The notes: generated by a model not told the origin, from the letters alone. 64,000 nucleotides of DNA from an uncultured Verrucomicrobiae bacterium (GCA_963837955.1 CAWIPH010000002.1:2368001-2432000); one strand, 5' to 3'. Numbered from the stretch's first letter, positions 30,401 to 41,013 are shown. Numbers and translations are program-made.

Positions 30401-31228
30401 CTAGAGATGCCCAACACAAGAAGAGATGTTTTTGGCAGCCTTTTGAAGAACCGGAAGGAAACGCTGCATTACTTCGCTCTTGGAGGTTCGCGTCGCATGG
30501 GTGCCGATGTTGATTGCCGCGACGGCTCTGGCGCGACCGGCCAGGACTGGCACAGCAAGCGAACGCAGTCCAATCTCGAGTTCTTGGTCGACCAAAGCGT
30601 AACCTTGCTTAAGGACGTTGTTCAGCTCTTTTCGCAAGGCCGCCGGATCACAAATGGTTTTCTCAGTGAAGCGCTGAAACTTAGCGGTCTTGAAATATTT
30701 CTCGAGGGCCTCAGGCGGGAGATGCGCCAGCAGCACGCGTCCCATCGAAGTACAAAAAGCGGGGAGCCGGCTGCCAATGCTGAGCGAGACGGACATGATG
30801 CGGCGCGTTTGTACCCGGGCGACATAGACGATTTCATCTCCATCGAGAACTGAGGCGGAAGACGATTCTTTGGTTTCTAGTGTTACCTCTTCGAGAAAAC
30901 GCTCAGCGATCTTAGGAAGCGAAAAAGAAGAGAGATAAGCGTACCCAAGATCCAAAATCTTCGCGGTAAGACGAAAGTATTTGCCGTCAGTAATCACGTA
31001 TCCTAACTCAACTAAAGTGTAGAGGAAGCGCCGGACAACAGCCCGAGCTAATCCCGTCCTCTCGGCAACTTCGCTCAACGTCAGCGCGTCCGACGGTCTC
31101 ATGTTCGACGGACTTTCCGAATCCCGTTCGGCGTTGCCGAATGCTTTGATAATATCGAGACCTCGGGCCAGCGAGACGACAAAGTCGGGCGAATCGGCGA
31201 AGGCTACGGGTAACTGCTTCCTGGGCAC
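30401..31228 (-). CDS. pcaR: IclR-family regulator, PcaR/PcaU/PobR type
   Basis: DFVVSLARGLDII, LTLSEVAERTGLARAVVRRFLYTL, GSRLPAFCTSMGRVLLA, VDQELEIGLRSLAVP. Confidence 0.88.
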   Translation of the reverse strand: MPRKQLPVAFADSPDFVVSLARGLDIIKAFGNAERDSESPSNMRPSDALTLSEVAERTGLARAVVRRFLYTLVELGYVITDGKYFRLTAKILDLGYAYLSSFSLPKIAERFLEEVTLETKESSSASVLDGDEIVYVARVQTRRIMSVSLSIGSRLPAFCTSMGRVLLAHLPPEALEKYFKTAKFQRFTEKTICDPAALRKELNNVLKQGYALVDQELEIGLRSLAVPVLAGRARAVAAINIGTHATRTSKSEVMQRFLPVLQKAAKNISSCVGHL

Positions 31229-31280
31229 GTGTTTAGTTGATCGTTAAAGTCTGTCGCAATAGGGCGGATGCGGCCAGACT

Positions 31281-31412
31281 GTTCGGTATTCGAACGCTGG
31301 CAACTCCTTTAAACAAAAGTGAGCACGCGCGCAACCGAAAATCGCGCATGCGAAGTTGACAAGGGGTTTGGGTGAATATAGGCTGGTCCGCACAACTGTT
31401 CGGTGTGCGAAC
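31281..31412 (+). promoter_or_regulatory. Sigma70-type promoter bracketed by two PcaR-type boxes
   Basis: TTGACA (31356-31361)-N17-TAGGCT (31379-31384); GTTCG-GTATT-CGAAC (31281-31295); GTTCG-GTGTG-CGAAC (31398-31412). Confidence 0.72.
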
Positions 31413-31431
31413 ACGCTTACCCCAAATTGCT

Positions 31432-32346
31432 ATGCAATCTGTTGCCCCCCCAACGACCGCAGCCACCATTACCGAGGCCGCACTCCGCTCGTTTGATAAT
31501 ACCCCCGACCCGCGCACCAAGCAGCTCTTGCAGGCGGCCGTCAAACATCTTCACGCCTTCGCTACCGAGACAAACCTTACTACCAACGAACTCATTAAGC
31601 TGGCCGAGGTTTTAACCGCAGCTGGTAAGATCTCCGATGCTAGTCGCCATGAATTTCTCCTCATGAGCGACGTCATGGGGCTGACCATGGTCGTCGATTA
31701 CAACACCAATCAGAAGCCGGACGGCGCGTTTGAGAGCAGTGTGCTCGGCCCATTCTACCGGGCCCAGGCTCCCTGGATTCCGATGGGTGGCGATATCTGC
31801 CGTCAGAAAGACGCTGGCGCGCCGGCGCTCGTCTCCGGGCGAGTGGTGTCAACGGATGGTGCACCGGTCAGGGGCGCAACGCTCGACATTTGGCAGGTTC
31901 CCGCCAACGGGATGTACGAGAACACCGATCCCTCGCAGGTGGAATTCAACTGCCGTGGCCGGTTGCGGGCGACGGACGATGGCAGCTTCCGATTTTGGAC
32001 TGTCAAACCCGTGCCGTATCCAATTCCAAAGGATGGGCCGGCCGGCCTGATCTTGGACGGTGCACAACGCCACAATATGCGCGCCGCTCATATTCACCTG
32101 ATTATTGAAGCGCCTGGCTACGAAAAGGTAATCAGCGAATTATTCGTGGCTGGCGACCCTTACATTAACAGCGATGCGGTATTCGGCGTGAAGGATTCCC
32201 TCACCGTGGAATTTGTGCTTCATGAATCGCCAGAGGATGCGGAGAAGTACGGGCGATCGATTCCATTTTATACGGTCGATTATGATTTCGTCCTGGTACC
32301 CGGAGAGACCCGTAACCAAGTAGAGTTTTCGGCCGGACGCGCATGA
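31432..32346 (+). CDS. Intradiol ring-cleavage dioxygenase, hydroxyquinol 1,2-dioxygenase-like
   Basis: EFLLMSDVMG, VLGPFY, YPIPKDGP, RAAHIH iron ligands, SDAVFGVKDSL. Confidence 0.88.
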   Translation: MQSVAPPTTAATITEAALRSFDNTPDPRTKQLLQAAVKHLHAFATETNLTTNELIKLAEVLTAAGKISDASRHEFLLMSDVMGLTMVVDYNTNQKPDGAFESSVLGPFYRAQAPWIPMGGDICRQKDAGAPALVSGRVVSTDGAPVRGATLDIWQVPANGMYENTDPSQVEFNCRGRLRATDDGSFRFWTVKPVPYPIPKDGPAGLILDGAQRHNMRAAHIHLIIEAPGYEKVISELFVAGDPYINSDAVFGVKDSLTVEFVLHESPEDAEKYGRSIPFYTVDYDFVLVPGETRNQVEFSAGRA

Positions 32347-32378
32347 GTGGTAGGCGTAGTAAACCGCAAAACAAAGGA

Positions 32379-33229
32379 GTGGCAAAAATCGTTCCACTGG
32401 CAGACGCTGTTGCCGAATTGATTCATGACGGTGATCAGGTTGCTTGTGAAGGGTTTACTCACCTCATTCCGTTTGCGGCCGGTCACGAGATCATTCGGCA
32501 ACAAAAAAGAATCTGACCCTCATTCGGATGACGCCAGATCTTATTTACGATCAGATGATCGGGATGGGGGTGGCGGCAAAGCTGATCTTCTCTTGGGGAG
32601 GCAATCCAGGCGTCGGATCGCTGCATCGCCTGCGTGACGCGGTCGAACGGGAGTGGCCGCACCCCTTGGCCATCGAAGAGCTGAGCCACGCGGGTATGGT
32701 TCAGGCATATTGCGCGGGAGCCGCCGGCTTGCCGTTCGGAATCCTGCGCGGATTCACTGGAACCGATCTGCCCAAGGTAAATGGCCGAATCAAATCGATC
32801 ACCTGTCCCTTTACGGGCGAGTTGCTGGCGGTTGTTCCTGCAATTCGTCCCGATGTGGCGGTAATTCACGCGCAAAAAGCTGACCGGCGTGGGAACGTTT
32901 TGATTTGGGGAATTGTTGGAGTGCAGAAAGAGGCGGTGCTGGCGGCGAAGCGCTCGATCGTAACGGTTGAAGAAATTGTGGACCAACTCGATGCACCATC
33001 GAATGCCTGCATCCTTCCAAGCTGGGTGGTCTCAGCTGTTTCTCTCACTCCGGGCGGTGCTTATCCGTCGTATGCGCAAGGTTACTACGAGCGAGATAAC
33101 AAGTTCTACCAGTCGTGGGATAATGTTAGTCGATCGAGAGAAAAGTTTCTTGCCTGGATGGAACTCAACGTCTCGAGCAAATCAGTAGACAAACACAGAT
33201 TTCCTAACAAAATCGAGGAGGTTGCATGA
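32379..33229 (+). CDS. catI: 3-oxoadipate CoA-transferase subunit A (CatI type), frameshifted at the A6 run 32503-32508
   Basis: GTG 32379 reads MAKIVPLADAVAELIHDGDQVACEGFTHLIPFAAGHEIIRQ; continues LTLIRMTPDLIYDQMIG...FSWGGNPGVGSLHR in the next frame. Confidence 0.85.
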
Positions 33230-34005
33230 CGCAGGACTATTCGGCAGACGAGATCATGACAATCTCGGCCGCGCGCATGCTCCAAAATGGTGCGGTCTGT
33301 TTTGTGGGAATTGGATTACCCTCCAAGGCGGCTAACCTTGCTCGATTAACCCACGCGCCGGAAATCGTTCTGATCTACGAATCGGGTCCGATTGGAGCTA
33401 AACCTACGATCCTGCCACTTTCCATTGGGGACGGTGAACTCTCGATGACCGCGGACACGACCGTATCAACAAGCGAGATCTTCACCTTTTGGCTGCAGGG
33501 TGGACGTATCGATGTCGGTTTCCTCGGTGCCGCGCAGATTGATCGTTTTGCCAATATCAATACTACCGTTATCGGCTCGTATGCCCGTCCAATCGTGCGA
33601 TTACCGGGCGCAGGCGGTGCTCCGGAAATCGCTAGTTCTGCCGGCGAAGTTCTCATTATTCTGAGGCAAACTCCAAAAGCATTCGTCAAGCTGTTGGATT
33701 TCACGACCTCGGTCGGTCACGGAGAGGGCGGCGATTACCGCAAGAAGATTGGTCTAGTGGGTAAAGGTCCGGTTGCCGTCATTAGCGATCTGGGAATTCT
33801 CGAACCGGATGGTGCTTCGAAAGAATTAACTCTGACCAGTCTGCATCCGGGCGTGACTATCGATGAGATTCGGTCAATGACCGGATGGGATCTGAAAATT
33901 TCGGAGAATATGCAAATGACTCCCGCTCCAACCGGAGACGAACTCGCCATTCTGCGGGAACTAGAACTGCGAACAGCTTCGGCTCATAAACTGGAATCTC
34001 TGTGA
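33226..34005 (+). CDS. catJ: 3-oxoadipate CoA-transferase subunit B (CatJ type)
   Basis: [47 protein letters not shown] overlap with subunit A. Confidence 0.88.
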   Translation: MTQDYSADEIMTISAARMLQNGAVCFVGIGLPSKAANLARLTHAPEIVLIYESGPIGAKPTILPLSIGDGELSMTADTTVSTSEIFTFWLQGGRIDVGFLGAAQIDRFANINTTVIGSYARPIVRLPGAGGAPEIASSAGEVLIILRQTPKAFVKLLDFTTSVGHGEGGDYRKKIGLVGKGPVAVISDLGILEPDGASKELTLTSLHPGVTIDEIRSMTGWDLKISENMQMTPAPTGDELAILRELELRTASAHKLESL

Positions 34006-34109
34006 AGAGCAGTATGGATCGATTTTGGAGCAAAGGTTGTAAATCCTGTCGCTTGGTAATTTCGAGCCATCCGGATCTCAACGCCTGGACAATCAGCCCC
34101 CTGAACAAA

Positions 34110-35678
34110 ATGAAAAACGCAGCTATATCTGTTGAAGAACCAGTGACATCCCGGAAGGCATCGCTACCGTTGACCGGGAGTGAATACCTCGAAAGCCTAA
34201 ATGATGGCCGCGAGGTTTGGATATACGGAGAGAAAGTCAAGGACGTCACTAAGCATCCAGCATTCCGCAATTCGTGCAGGATGATCGCCCGGCTTTATGA
34301 TGCCCTCCATGATCCCTCGAAGAAAGACATCTTAACGATGGCGACCGACGACGGAGGGTTTACCCACCGTTTCTATCGCGCACCGAGAAATGTAGAAGAA
34401 CAAGTTGCCAGTCGGGATGCAATCGCAGAATGGGCTCGAATCACCTACGGTTGGATGGGCCGATCGCCTGATTACAAAGCCTCCTTTCTAGCGACTCTTG
34501 GGGCAAACAACGATTTCTACAAACCGTTTCACGAGAACGCCAAACGCTGGTACCACAAGGCGCAGGAGCGGACCTATTTCCTGAACCATGCCATCATTCA
34601 TCCACCTGTCGATCGCGACAAAGCGCCAGATGAAGTGGGTGATGTCTATGTTCACGTCGACGAAGAAACTGACGGTGGGCTTATTGTCAGTGGTGCAAAG
34701 GTGGTAGCGACCGGATCGGCGCTGACGCACTACAGCTTTGTGGCCCATCACGGCGCCGTTCCTCTGCAGACTAAAAAGTTTGCCATTGTATTTGCGATCC
34801 CGACTAATGCGCCTGGGTTAAAATTCGTCTGCCGCGGATCGTATGAATACGCGGCAAATGTGGTGGGAAGTCCATTTGACTATCCGCTCTCCAGCCGATT
34901 GGACGAGAATGATGCGATCCTCATTCTGGACCGGGCATTTGTTCCATGGGAAGACGTGTTTATCTACGGCGATGTAGAAACAGCTAACAACTTCTTTCCC
35001 AAGACCGGTTTCATTCCACGGTTTCTGATGCATGGATGCACGCGGCTGGCGGTCAAACTGGATTTCATTACCGGACTCTTACTGAAGGCGGTGGAGGCCA
35101 CCGGCTCGAAAGACTACCGGAGCGTCCAAGCCAATATTGGTGAAGTAATCGCATGGCGGAACTGTTTCTGGGGTTTGAGTGAAGCTATGGCGCGCAACGC
35201 GAAGCCGTGGACCGAAGGAACCGTCTTGCCAGATACAGCTGCAGCTCAGGCCTACCAAATTCTTTCGACCGAGGCCTATCCGGCGATCAGGCATCTGGTC
35301 GAGAAAACGGTCGCAAGCGGGCTGATCTATCTCAATTCGCACGCGTCGGATTTCAAGGTACCTGAACTCCGTGCATACCTCGATCGGTTTGTCAGAGGAT
35401 CAAACGGGTATTCGTCGGAGCAAAGGGTGAAATTGATGAAGTTGCTGTGGGATGCTGTTGGCAGCGAGTTCGGTTCTCGTCACGAACTTTACGAAGTAAA
35501 TTACACTGGCAACCATGAAGATATTCGGCGCCAAGCGCTCTCGTACCTGAACGCCAGCGGGATAGCTGATGAATTGAAGGCGTTTGCTGAATCGGCGATG
35601 GCGGAATATGACGTGAATGGGTGGACGGTTCCCGACCTAATCACTCCGACTGATGTCAATGTTATTGGGCGCAAATAG
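34110..35678 (+). CDS. Two-component flavin-dependent aromatic monooxygenase, oxygenase subunit (HpaB/PheA1 family)
   Basis: [68 protein letters not shown]. Confidence 0.92.
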   Translation: MKNAAISVEEPVTSRKASLPLTGSEYLESLNDGREVWIYGEKVKDVTKHPAFRNSCRMIARLYDALHDPSKKDILTMATDDGGFTHRFYRAPRNVEEQVASRDAIAEWARITYGWMGRSPDYKASFLATLGANNDFYKPFHENAKRWYHKAQERTYFLNHAIIHPPVDRDKAPDEVGDVYVHVDEETDGGLIVSGAKVVATGSALTHYSFVAHHGAVPLQTKKFAIVFAIPTNAPGLKFVCRGSYEYAANVVGSPFDYPLSSRLDENDAILILDRAFVPWEDVFIYGDVETANNFFPKTGFIPRFLMHGCTRLAVKLDFITGLLLKAVEATGSKDYRSVQANIGEVIAWRNCFWGLSEAMARNAKPWTEGTVLPDTAAAQAYQILSTEAYPAIRHLVEKTVASGLIYLNSHASDFKVPELRAYLDRFVRGSNGYSSEQRVKLMKLLWDAVGSEFGSRHELYEVNYTGNHEDIRRQALSYLNASGIADELKAFAESAMAEYDVNGWTVPDLITPTDVNVIGRK

Positions 35679-35748
35679 TCCAGACACAATTGTACTGCAC
35701 TGTCATGGCTGCCGGTCTCATTCAGCCGGCAGGCTGTAGATTTCGATA

Positions 35749-36471
35749 ATGAGAGTTCTTCACAAGATAGAAGATCTGGCATCTGTTCCTGGACCGACGC
35801 ATCTCGCGATCGGTGTATTTGACGGAATACATTTGGGACACCAAGCGGTGATTGGCCGGACGGTTCGGAACGCCCGGCAGACCGGTGGAAGTGCAGTTGT
35901 GGTCACCTTCGATCCGCACCCTGTTCGGGTTCTGCGGCCCGAAAGAGCGCCGCGTCTCTTAATGACTTTGCCGCAGAAGAAACAGCTGCTCGAAGAGCTT
36001 GGCCTGGACGCCATGTTGACCATTGTTTTCACTCGTGAGTTTTCCAAAACAGCACCCGAAGTCTTCATTTGGCAATTGCACAATGCGGCGGATGGATTGC
36101 GCGAGATCTGTGTGGGTCAAGGCTGGCGCTTCGGCGCAAACCGGTCCGGAGAAATTTGTTTGCTCGAATCGGTTGCCCAGAGTCTCGGAATCAAATTAAA
36201 TGCCGTATCGCCGGTTCTGATCGACGGTCGAGCAGTGAGTAGCACACGCGTGCGAGCAGCTCTCGAACGTCGCGACTCGAGTGAAGTTTCACTGCTCCTC
36301 GGCAGGCCTTTTGCTCTCTGGGGTACCGTTCCGACCGCCAGCGATCTCGCTGCGCGGTTCCGCGTAGCTCCGAGGAATCCTTACGTAATCAACGCGCTCT
36401 GGGCCCAAGAGATCCATGACATGGAGAGTCGTGTAGAAGACGGCGTTGAGCTCTGCCCGATCGATTTTTGA
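35749..36471 (+). CDS. FAD synthetase (FMN adenylyltransferase domain of RibF) lacking the riboflavin kinase domain
   Basis: AIGVFDGIHLGHQ, VTFDPHP, FGANRSG, VSSTRVR, LLGRPF; no G-x-PTAN or E-x-H kinase motifs; 240 aa. Confidence 0.82.
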   Translation: MRVLHKIEDLASVPGPTHLAIGVFDGIHLGHQAVIGRTVRNARQTGGSAVVVTFDPHPVRVLRPERAPRLLMTLPQKKQLLEELGLDAMLTIVFTREFSKTAPEVFIWQLHNAADGLREICVGQGWRFGANRSGEICLLESVAQSLGIKLNAVSPVLIDGRAVSSTRVRAALERRDSSEVSLLLGRPFALWGTVPTASDLAARFRVAPRNPYVINALWAQEIHDMESRVEDGVELCPIDF

Positions 36472-36472
36472 T

Positions 36473-36958
36473 ATGTCTCATCTGGAACTAATCGTACCGC
36501 CGCTATTCAAAAGGACTTTAGCCCAGTGGGCGAGCGGCGTGACAGTGATCACTACCTTGCGAGAAGAAACAGCACACGGAATGACAGCGAGTTCGTTTAG
36601 TTCTCTTTCGCTGGAACCTCCCCTGGTCCTCGTTTCTGTGGATCAACGAGCTCGGCTACACCAGATATTGCCCGAAACCGGTCGATACGGAGTTAGCATT
36701 CTCGCCAAAGGCCAAGAAGCACTTTCCACACACTTTGCCGGCCGCCCCGCTGATAACTTAGAAATCCCGTGGGTGGAGGCCGAGGGCTTGCCATTTCTTG
36801 ACGGGGCTGTGGCCCACCTTGCGTGTGACGTATTTGACGCCCATCCGGCAGGCGACCACATTATTTACGTCGGCCGCATCAGCCATGCCCAAGTCTGGCC
36901 AGACCGTGAGCCGCTATTGTACCACAGCGGGAAGTACGCAACTCTCGGAGCCGCTTAA
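36473..36958 (+). CDS. Flavin reductase (HpaC/PheA2 family)
   Basis: ASGVTVIT, GMTASSFSSLSLEPPLV, AGDHIIYVG, PLLYHSG. Confidence 0.92.
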   Translation: MSHLELIVPPLFKRTLAQWASGVTVITTLREETAHGMTASSFSSLSLEPPLVLVSVDQRARLHQILPETGRYGVSILAKGQEALSTHFAGRPADNLEIPWVEAEGLPFLDGAVAHLACDVFDAHPAGDHIIYVGRISHAQVWPDREPLLYHSGKYATLGAA

Positions 36959-37091
36959 GCGACCAGAAGAATAAGTGCTCGACGCAGCAAATGAAATTTA
37001 TGACTACCCCGCAGAAAATCCCGAATCGAGCGTCGGCGAACCCGGGTTTGCCTGGACCGTTTAACAAAAGTCTCGACCTGACCAGGACAAA

Positions 37092-38297
37092 ATGAACGAA
37101 GTTTTTCTATGCGATGGGATTCGGACTCCATTCGGCCGTTACGGCGGTGCGTTATCTTCTATTAGGACCGACGATTTAGCTGCGATTCCGATTCGAGCGC
37201 TCATCGAACGAAATCCTAACGTTGACTGGTCGGCGGTAGATGACGTGATCTACGGTTGCGCCAATCAGGCCGGAGAAGACAATCGGAATGTCGGTCGAAT
37301 GGCTCTGTTGTTGGCCGGATTGCCAGAACAAGTATCGGGTACGACGGTCAATCGCCTGTGCGGTTCGAGTTTGGACGCCGTTGCGATAGCCGCCAGAGCC
37401 ATTAAATGCGGGGAGACTGATTTGATGATTGCGGGTGGCGTCGAAAGTATGTCGCGCGCCCCCTTTGTCCTGAGTAAAGCGGACACCCCGTTCAGCCGAA
37501 GCGCCGAAATTTATGACACCACGATTGGCTGGCGGTTCGTGAACCCCTTGATGCAAAAGCATTTTGGAATCGATTCTATGCCCGAGACAGCCGAGAATGT
37601 CGCCGAGCAATTCCGGGTTAGCCGGGAAGATCAAGATGCATTTGCCTTGAGAAGCCATCAGCGTTGGGCGGCAGCAAATCAAACAAAGTTCTTCGAACGA
37701 CAAATCGTTCCGGTTACCATCCCCCAGAAGAAAAGTGAGCCGAAGATCGTAACCAGTGATGAACATCCCAGAGCGGATACAACGCTTGAAGCACTGGCCA
37801 GGCTGCGGACGGTTGTGAAGGCGAACGGCACTGTCACCGCTGGGAATGCCTCTGGCATCAATGATGGAGCTGGGGCAGTCCTGTTGGCGTCAGAACGAGC
37901 CGTAACCAAGCATCGACTGACCCCACGAGCACGGGTGATGGCCGCTGCTACGGCAGGAGTTGCGCCTAGAATCATGGGCATTGCTCCAGGCCCGGCTACG
38001 CAGAAAGCTCTTGGACTAACGGGTCTGAAACTCTCCCAAATGGATGTCATCGAATTGAATGAAGCCTTCGCCGCTCAGGCGCTCGCCGTGACGCGCGAGT
38101 TCGGATTACCAGATGATGCTGCGCACGTTAATCCAAACGGGGGAGCAATTGCGATAGGCCATCCTCTCGGCGCAAGCGGTGTGCGCCTGGTAGTAACCGC
38201 GGTTAATCAACTGGAACGAATCGAAGGACGTTACGCTCTTTGCACGATGTGCATTGGGGTAGGACAAGGGATCGCAGTAATCCTTGAGAGATGCTAG
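37092..38297 (+). CDS. pcaF: 3-oxoadipyl-CoA thiolase
   Basis: GCANQAGEDNRNV, NRLCGS, YDTTIGWRF, GHPLGASG, TMCIGVGQG. Confidence 0.92.
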   Translation: MNEVFLCDGIRTPFGRYGGALSSIRTDDLAAIPIRALIERNPNVDWSAVDDVIYGCANQAGEDNRNVGRMALLLAGLPEQVSGTTVNRLCGSSLDAVAIAARAIKCGETDLMIAGGVESMSRAPFVLSKADTPFSRSAEIYDTTIGWRFVNPLMQKHFGIDSMPETAENVAEQFRVSREDQDAFALRSHQRWAAANQTKFFERQIVPVTIPQKKSEPKIVTSDEHPRADTTLEALARLRTVVKANGTVTAGNASGINDGAGAVLLASERAVTKHRLTPRARVMAAATAGVAPRIMGIAPGPATQKALGLTGLKLSQMDVIELNEAFAAQALAVTREFGLPDDAAHVNPNGGAIAIGHPLGASGVRLVVTAVNQLERIEGRYALCTMCIGVGQGIAVILERC

Positions 38298-38402
38298 CAC
38301 CACGAATTCCGAACAGGAATCGGTAGCGGCGACTGTCCACCTAACTTGAACGCGTGCCGTTTTGCGGCACTTGCGCGCGAGAATTTTCATCCAATCACCA
38401 AT

Positions 38403-38504
38403 CCTAGGGCTTCACCCTAGGCTATCTTGAAGCGCGCCTTCCGCCTCCGCTAACGTATCCGCCACAATCTTTGCAACGCAGGCTACGGCGGACAAGTCGG
38501 CGCT
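38403..38504. repeat. Family D REP interrupted by a family C unit (38441-38497)
   Basis: CCTAGGGCTTCACCCTAGGCTATCTTGAAGCGCGCCTT^[CCGCCTCCGC...GGCTACGGCGGACAAGT]^CGGCGCT. Confidence 0.7.
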
Positions 38505-38701
38505 GTGCTTTGTGATCTTTGCGTCCTTTCGCGGCTATCTTCATTCGGTACCGTTCGTGCCAATCTGGGGTCTCGAATATGAATCCGAGCGGCGCTCTGT
38601 TTGGCGTAGTGGTCTCTAATTAGTGATGGCCCGTAACAAAGAAGAACCTAATCTGCGAAATCTGTGTAATCTGTGGTTCGACTTTCTTAATCTAAGCTAA
38701 A

Positions 38702-39469
38702 ATGAAACTTGAAGGAAAAACTGCTCTCATTACCGGCGGAAGTCAGGGAATCGGCCAGGGAATCGCGTTCCGGCTGGCCGAAGAAGGTGCGGATATCGCG
38801 ATCGATTACGTCGGAAGCTCACAATCTGCGGATGCTACCGTCGCACAAATCCAGAAGCGCGGACGCCGGGCTTTGGCCGTTGAGGCCGATATCTCATCGG
38901 TGGACCAGATCCACGCTATGTTGAAGCAAGCGATCGATTTCTTCGGCGGTGTCGATATGCTGATAAATAATGCCGGCGTGGAAAAGCACGCCTCGATTTG
39001 GGAGGCGACCGAGCACGATTACGACCTGGTTCTCACGATCAATTTGAAAGGCGCTTTCTTCGCGAGCCAGGCTTTCGTCCAGCACAGAATGGCCGTCAAA
39101 AAACCGGGCAAAATCATCAACATCAGTTCAGTGCACGAAGAACTGCCTTTCCCGCATTTCACTTCGTATTGTGCCAGCAAAGGCGGGATGAAGATGATGA
39201 TGCGGAATCTCTCGATCGAGTTAGCGCCCTACGGGATCACTGTGAACAACATCGCCCCTGGTGCGATTGAGACTCCCATTAACACTGCGTTGCTTAACGA
39301 TCCGTCCAAGCTAAAGGCTCTCCTGGACAACATTCCGCTCGCCAGGCTAGGGCAAGTTAGCGATGTAGCCGGCGTCGCCGCTTTTTTGGCGTCGTCCGAC
39401 GCGGATTACATCACCGGCACCACCATCGTGGTGGATGGGGGATTGACCTGGAACTATAGCGAGCAGTAA
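38702..39469 (+). CDS. SDR oxidoreductase, glucose 1-dehydrogenase-like
   Basis: TGGSQGIG, NNAG, SSVHE, YCASKGG, PGAIETPIN. Confidence 0.9.
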   Translation: MKLEGKTALITGGSQGIGQGIAFRLAEEGADIAIDYVGSSQSADATVAQIQKRGRRALAVEADISSVDQIHAMLKQAIDFFGGVDMLINNAGVEKHASIWEATEHDYDLVLTINLKGAFFASQAFVQHRMAVKKPGKIINISSVHEELPFPHFTSYCASKGGMKMMMRNLSIELAPYGITVNNIAPGAIETPINTALLNDPSKLKALLDNIPLARLGQVSDVAGVAAFLASSDADYITGTTIVVDGGLTWNYSEQ

Positions 39470-39487
39470 GGGGGCCTTGTCGATCTG

Positions 39488-40027
39488 ATGTCCAGTTTGG
39501 TCCGTCTCGCCGGGGAAGTTCCGCTCATCGAAACCGACCGCCTGAAAATGCGCGGCCATCGGCTTGAGGATTTCGACGATTGCGCCACGATGTGGGCTGA
39601 TCCCTGCGTGGTCCGGTACATCGGCGGCAAGCCATTCTCTAAGGAGGATGTTTGGTCGAAGTTGTTGCGTTACGCTGGGCATTGGTCGTTGATGGGCTTC
39701 GGCTATTGGGCGCTTGAGGAAAAGGCCACTGGCGGTTTTGTCGGCGAAGTTGGGTTCGCCGACTTCAAGCGAGACATAGAGCCATCCATTCAAGACTTAC
39801 CAGAACTTGGCTGGGTACTCGCCTCTCGAATGCATGGGAAAGGCTACGCGACGGAAGCTGTTCGTGCGGCCATTACTTGGGGCGAGGCGCACTTCGGGTC
39901 GGCCCGGACGGTCTGTTTGATCCATCCGGATAATCTTCCGTCCATTCGCGTCGCCGAGAAATGCGGGTATCAAGAATTCCAGCGAACAACGTACAAAAGC
40001 CAACCTACCATATTGTTTGCTCGGTGA
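39488..40027 (+). CDS. RimJ/RimL-type GNAT acetyltransferase
   Basis: ETDRLKMR, PELGWVL, GKGYATEA, NLPSIRVAEKCG. Confidence 0.9.
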   Translation: MSSLVRLAGEVPLIETDRLKMRGHRLEDFDDCATMWADPCVVRYIGGKPFSKEDVWSKLLRYAGHWSLMGFGYWALEEKATGGFVGEVGFADFKRDIEPSIQDLPELGWVLASRMHGKGYATEAVRAAITWGEAHFGSARTVCLIHPDNLPSIRVAEKCGYQEFQRTTYKSQPTILFAR

Positions 40028-40146
40028 TGGGGTTGCTATCCGCTTCTAGTTGTCAGGACTGAGCAGAAGCATGGACGCGTGGCTACGCAGACTCATTCGT
40101 ATCGGCGGGCGTCTATTCACGATTCCAATGCAGCAAATGGCCTTCT

Positions 40147-41013
40147 ATGAATGTTCCCGGCGTGAGCACTGAACTAAACGCACACCAAGCAGCATTTCCA
40201 TTCCGGCTGGCCGCAATCGATCTGGACGGTACGCTGCTCGGGCCAGATAAAATCATCAGTCAGGGAAATATCGCAGCTGTCCAGCGTTTCCGGGAAAGTA
40301 ATGTCACGGTAATCATCGCATCCGGTCGGCGTCATCAGAATAGTATTCGGTTTCAACGTCAGCTCCACTTGGAAGGACCCATTATCGCTTGCCAGGGCGG
40401 CTTGATCCGGGACGGTGAGAGCGGGAACGTTATCGAAGCGCATTTCTTACCCCAGGCGGTGACACGCCAGATCATCGAAGAGGGCGAAAAAGATGACGTG
40501 CAGCTCATCTATTATCATCTCGATCACCTGTATGTATCCGAGCGACACACTCACTGGCTGGATCTTTATGAGTCCCGGGTCGGCGAAAGAGCGGAGGTTC
40601 TACCTGATCTTAACCAGCTCGACGGCCGGCGTGCTCTCAAGATTATTTGGTATGGTGATTCGGCAAAACTCGCGAGAATCCGCCCAGAGATTGCGGAACG
40701 TTATCGCGGGAAAGTCGATGTGCTTTCGACCGAGAAAGAGAATCTTGAGTTCATGCCGCGCGGGGTCAATAAGGCGACCGCTTTGGCGAAAGTTGCTTCC
40801 GAGTTTGATGTACCAGCGGAGCAGGTACTCGCCTTCGGCGACGGCGAAAACGATGTACCGATGCTTATCTGGGCAGGGATGGGGGTAGCGATGAGCCACG
40901 GAAGCCCGTTGGCCAAGAGCGCAGCGAAACTGGTTAGCCCGGACGGTCCGCCCGAGACCGCCTTTGCGCGATCGGTGGATGTCCTGTTCAATCGATACCA
41001 ATCTAAAATTTAG
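40147..41013 (+). CDS. Cof-type HAD-IIB phosphatase
   Basis: IDLDGTLL, ASGR, GVNKATAL, AFGDGENDVPM. Confidence 0.93.
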   Translation: MNVPGVSTELNAHQAAFPFRLAAIDLDGTLLGPDKIISQGNIAAVQRFRESNVTVIIASGRRHQNSIRFQRQLHLEGPIIACQGGLIRDGESGNVIEAHFLPQAVTRQIIEEGEKDDVQLIYYHLDHLYVSERHTHWLDLYESRVGERAEVLPDLNQLDGRRALKIIWYGDSAKLARIRPEIAERYRGKVDVLSTEKENLEFMPRGVNKATALAKVASEFDVPAEQVLAFGDGENDVPMLIWAGMGVAMSHGSPLAKSAAKLVSPDGPPETAFARSVDVLFNRYQSKI

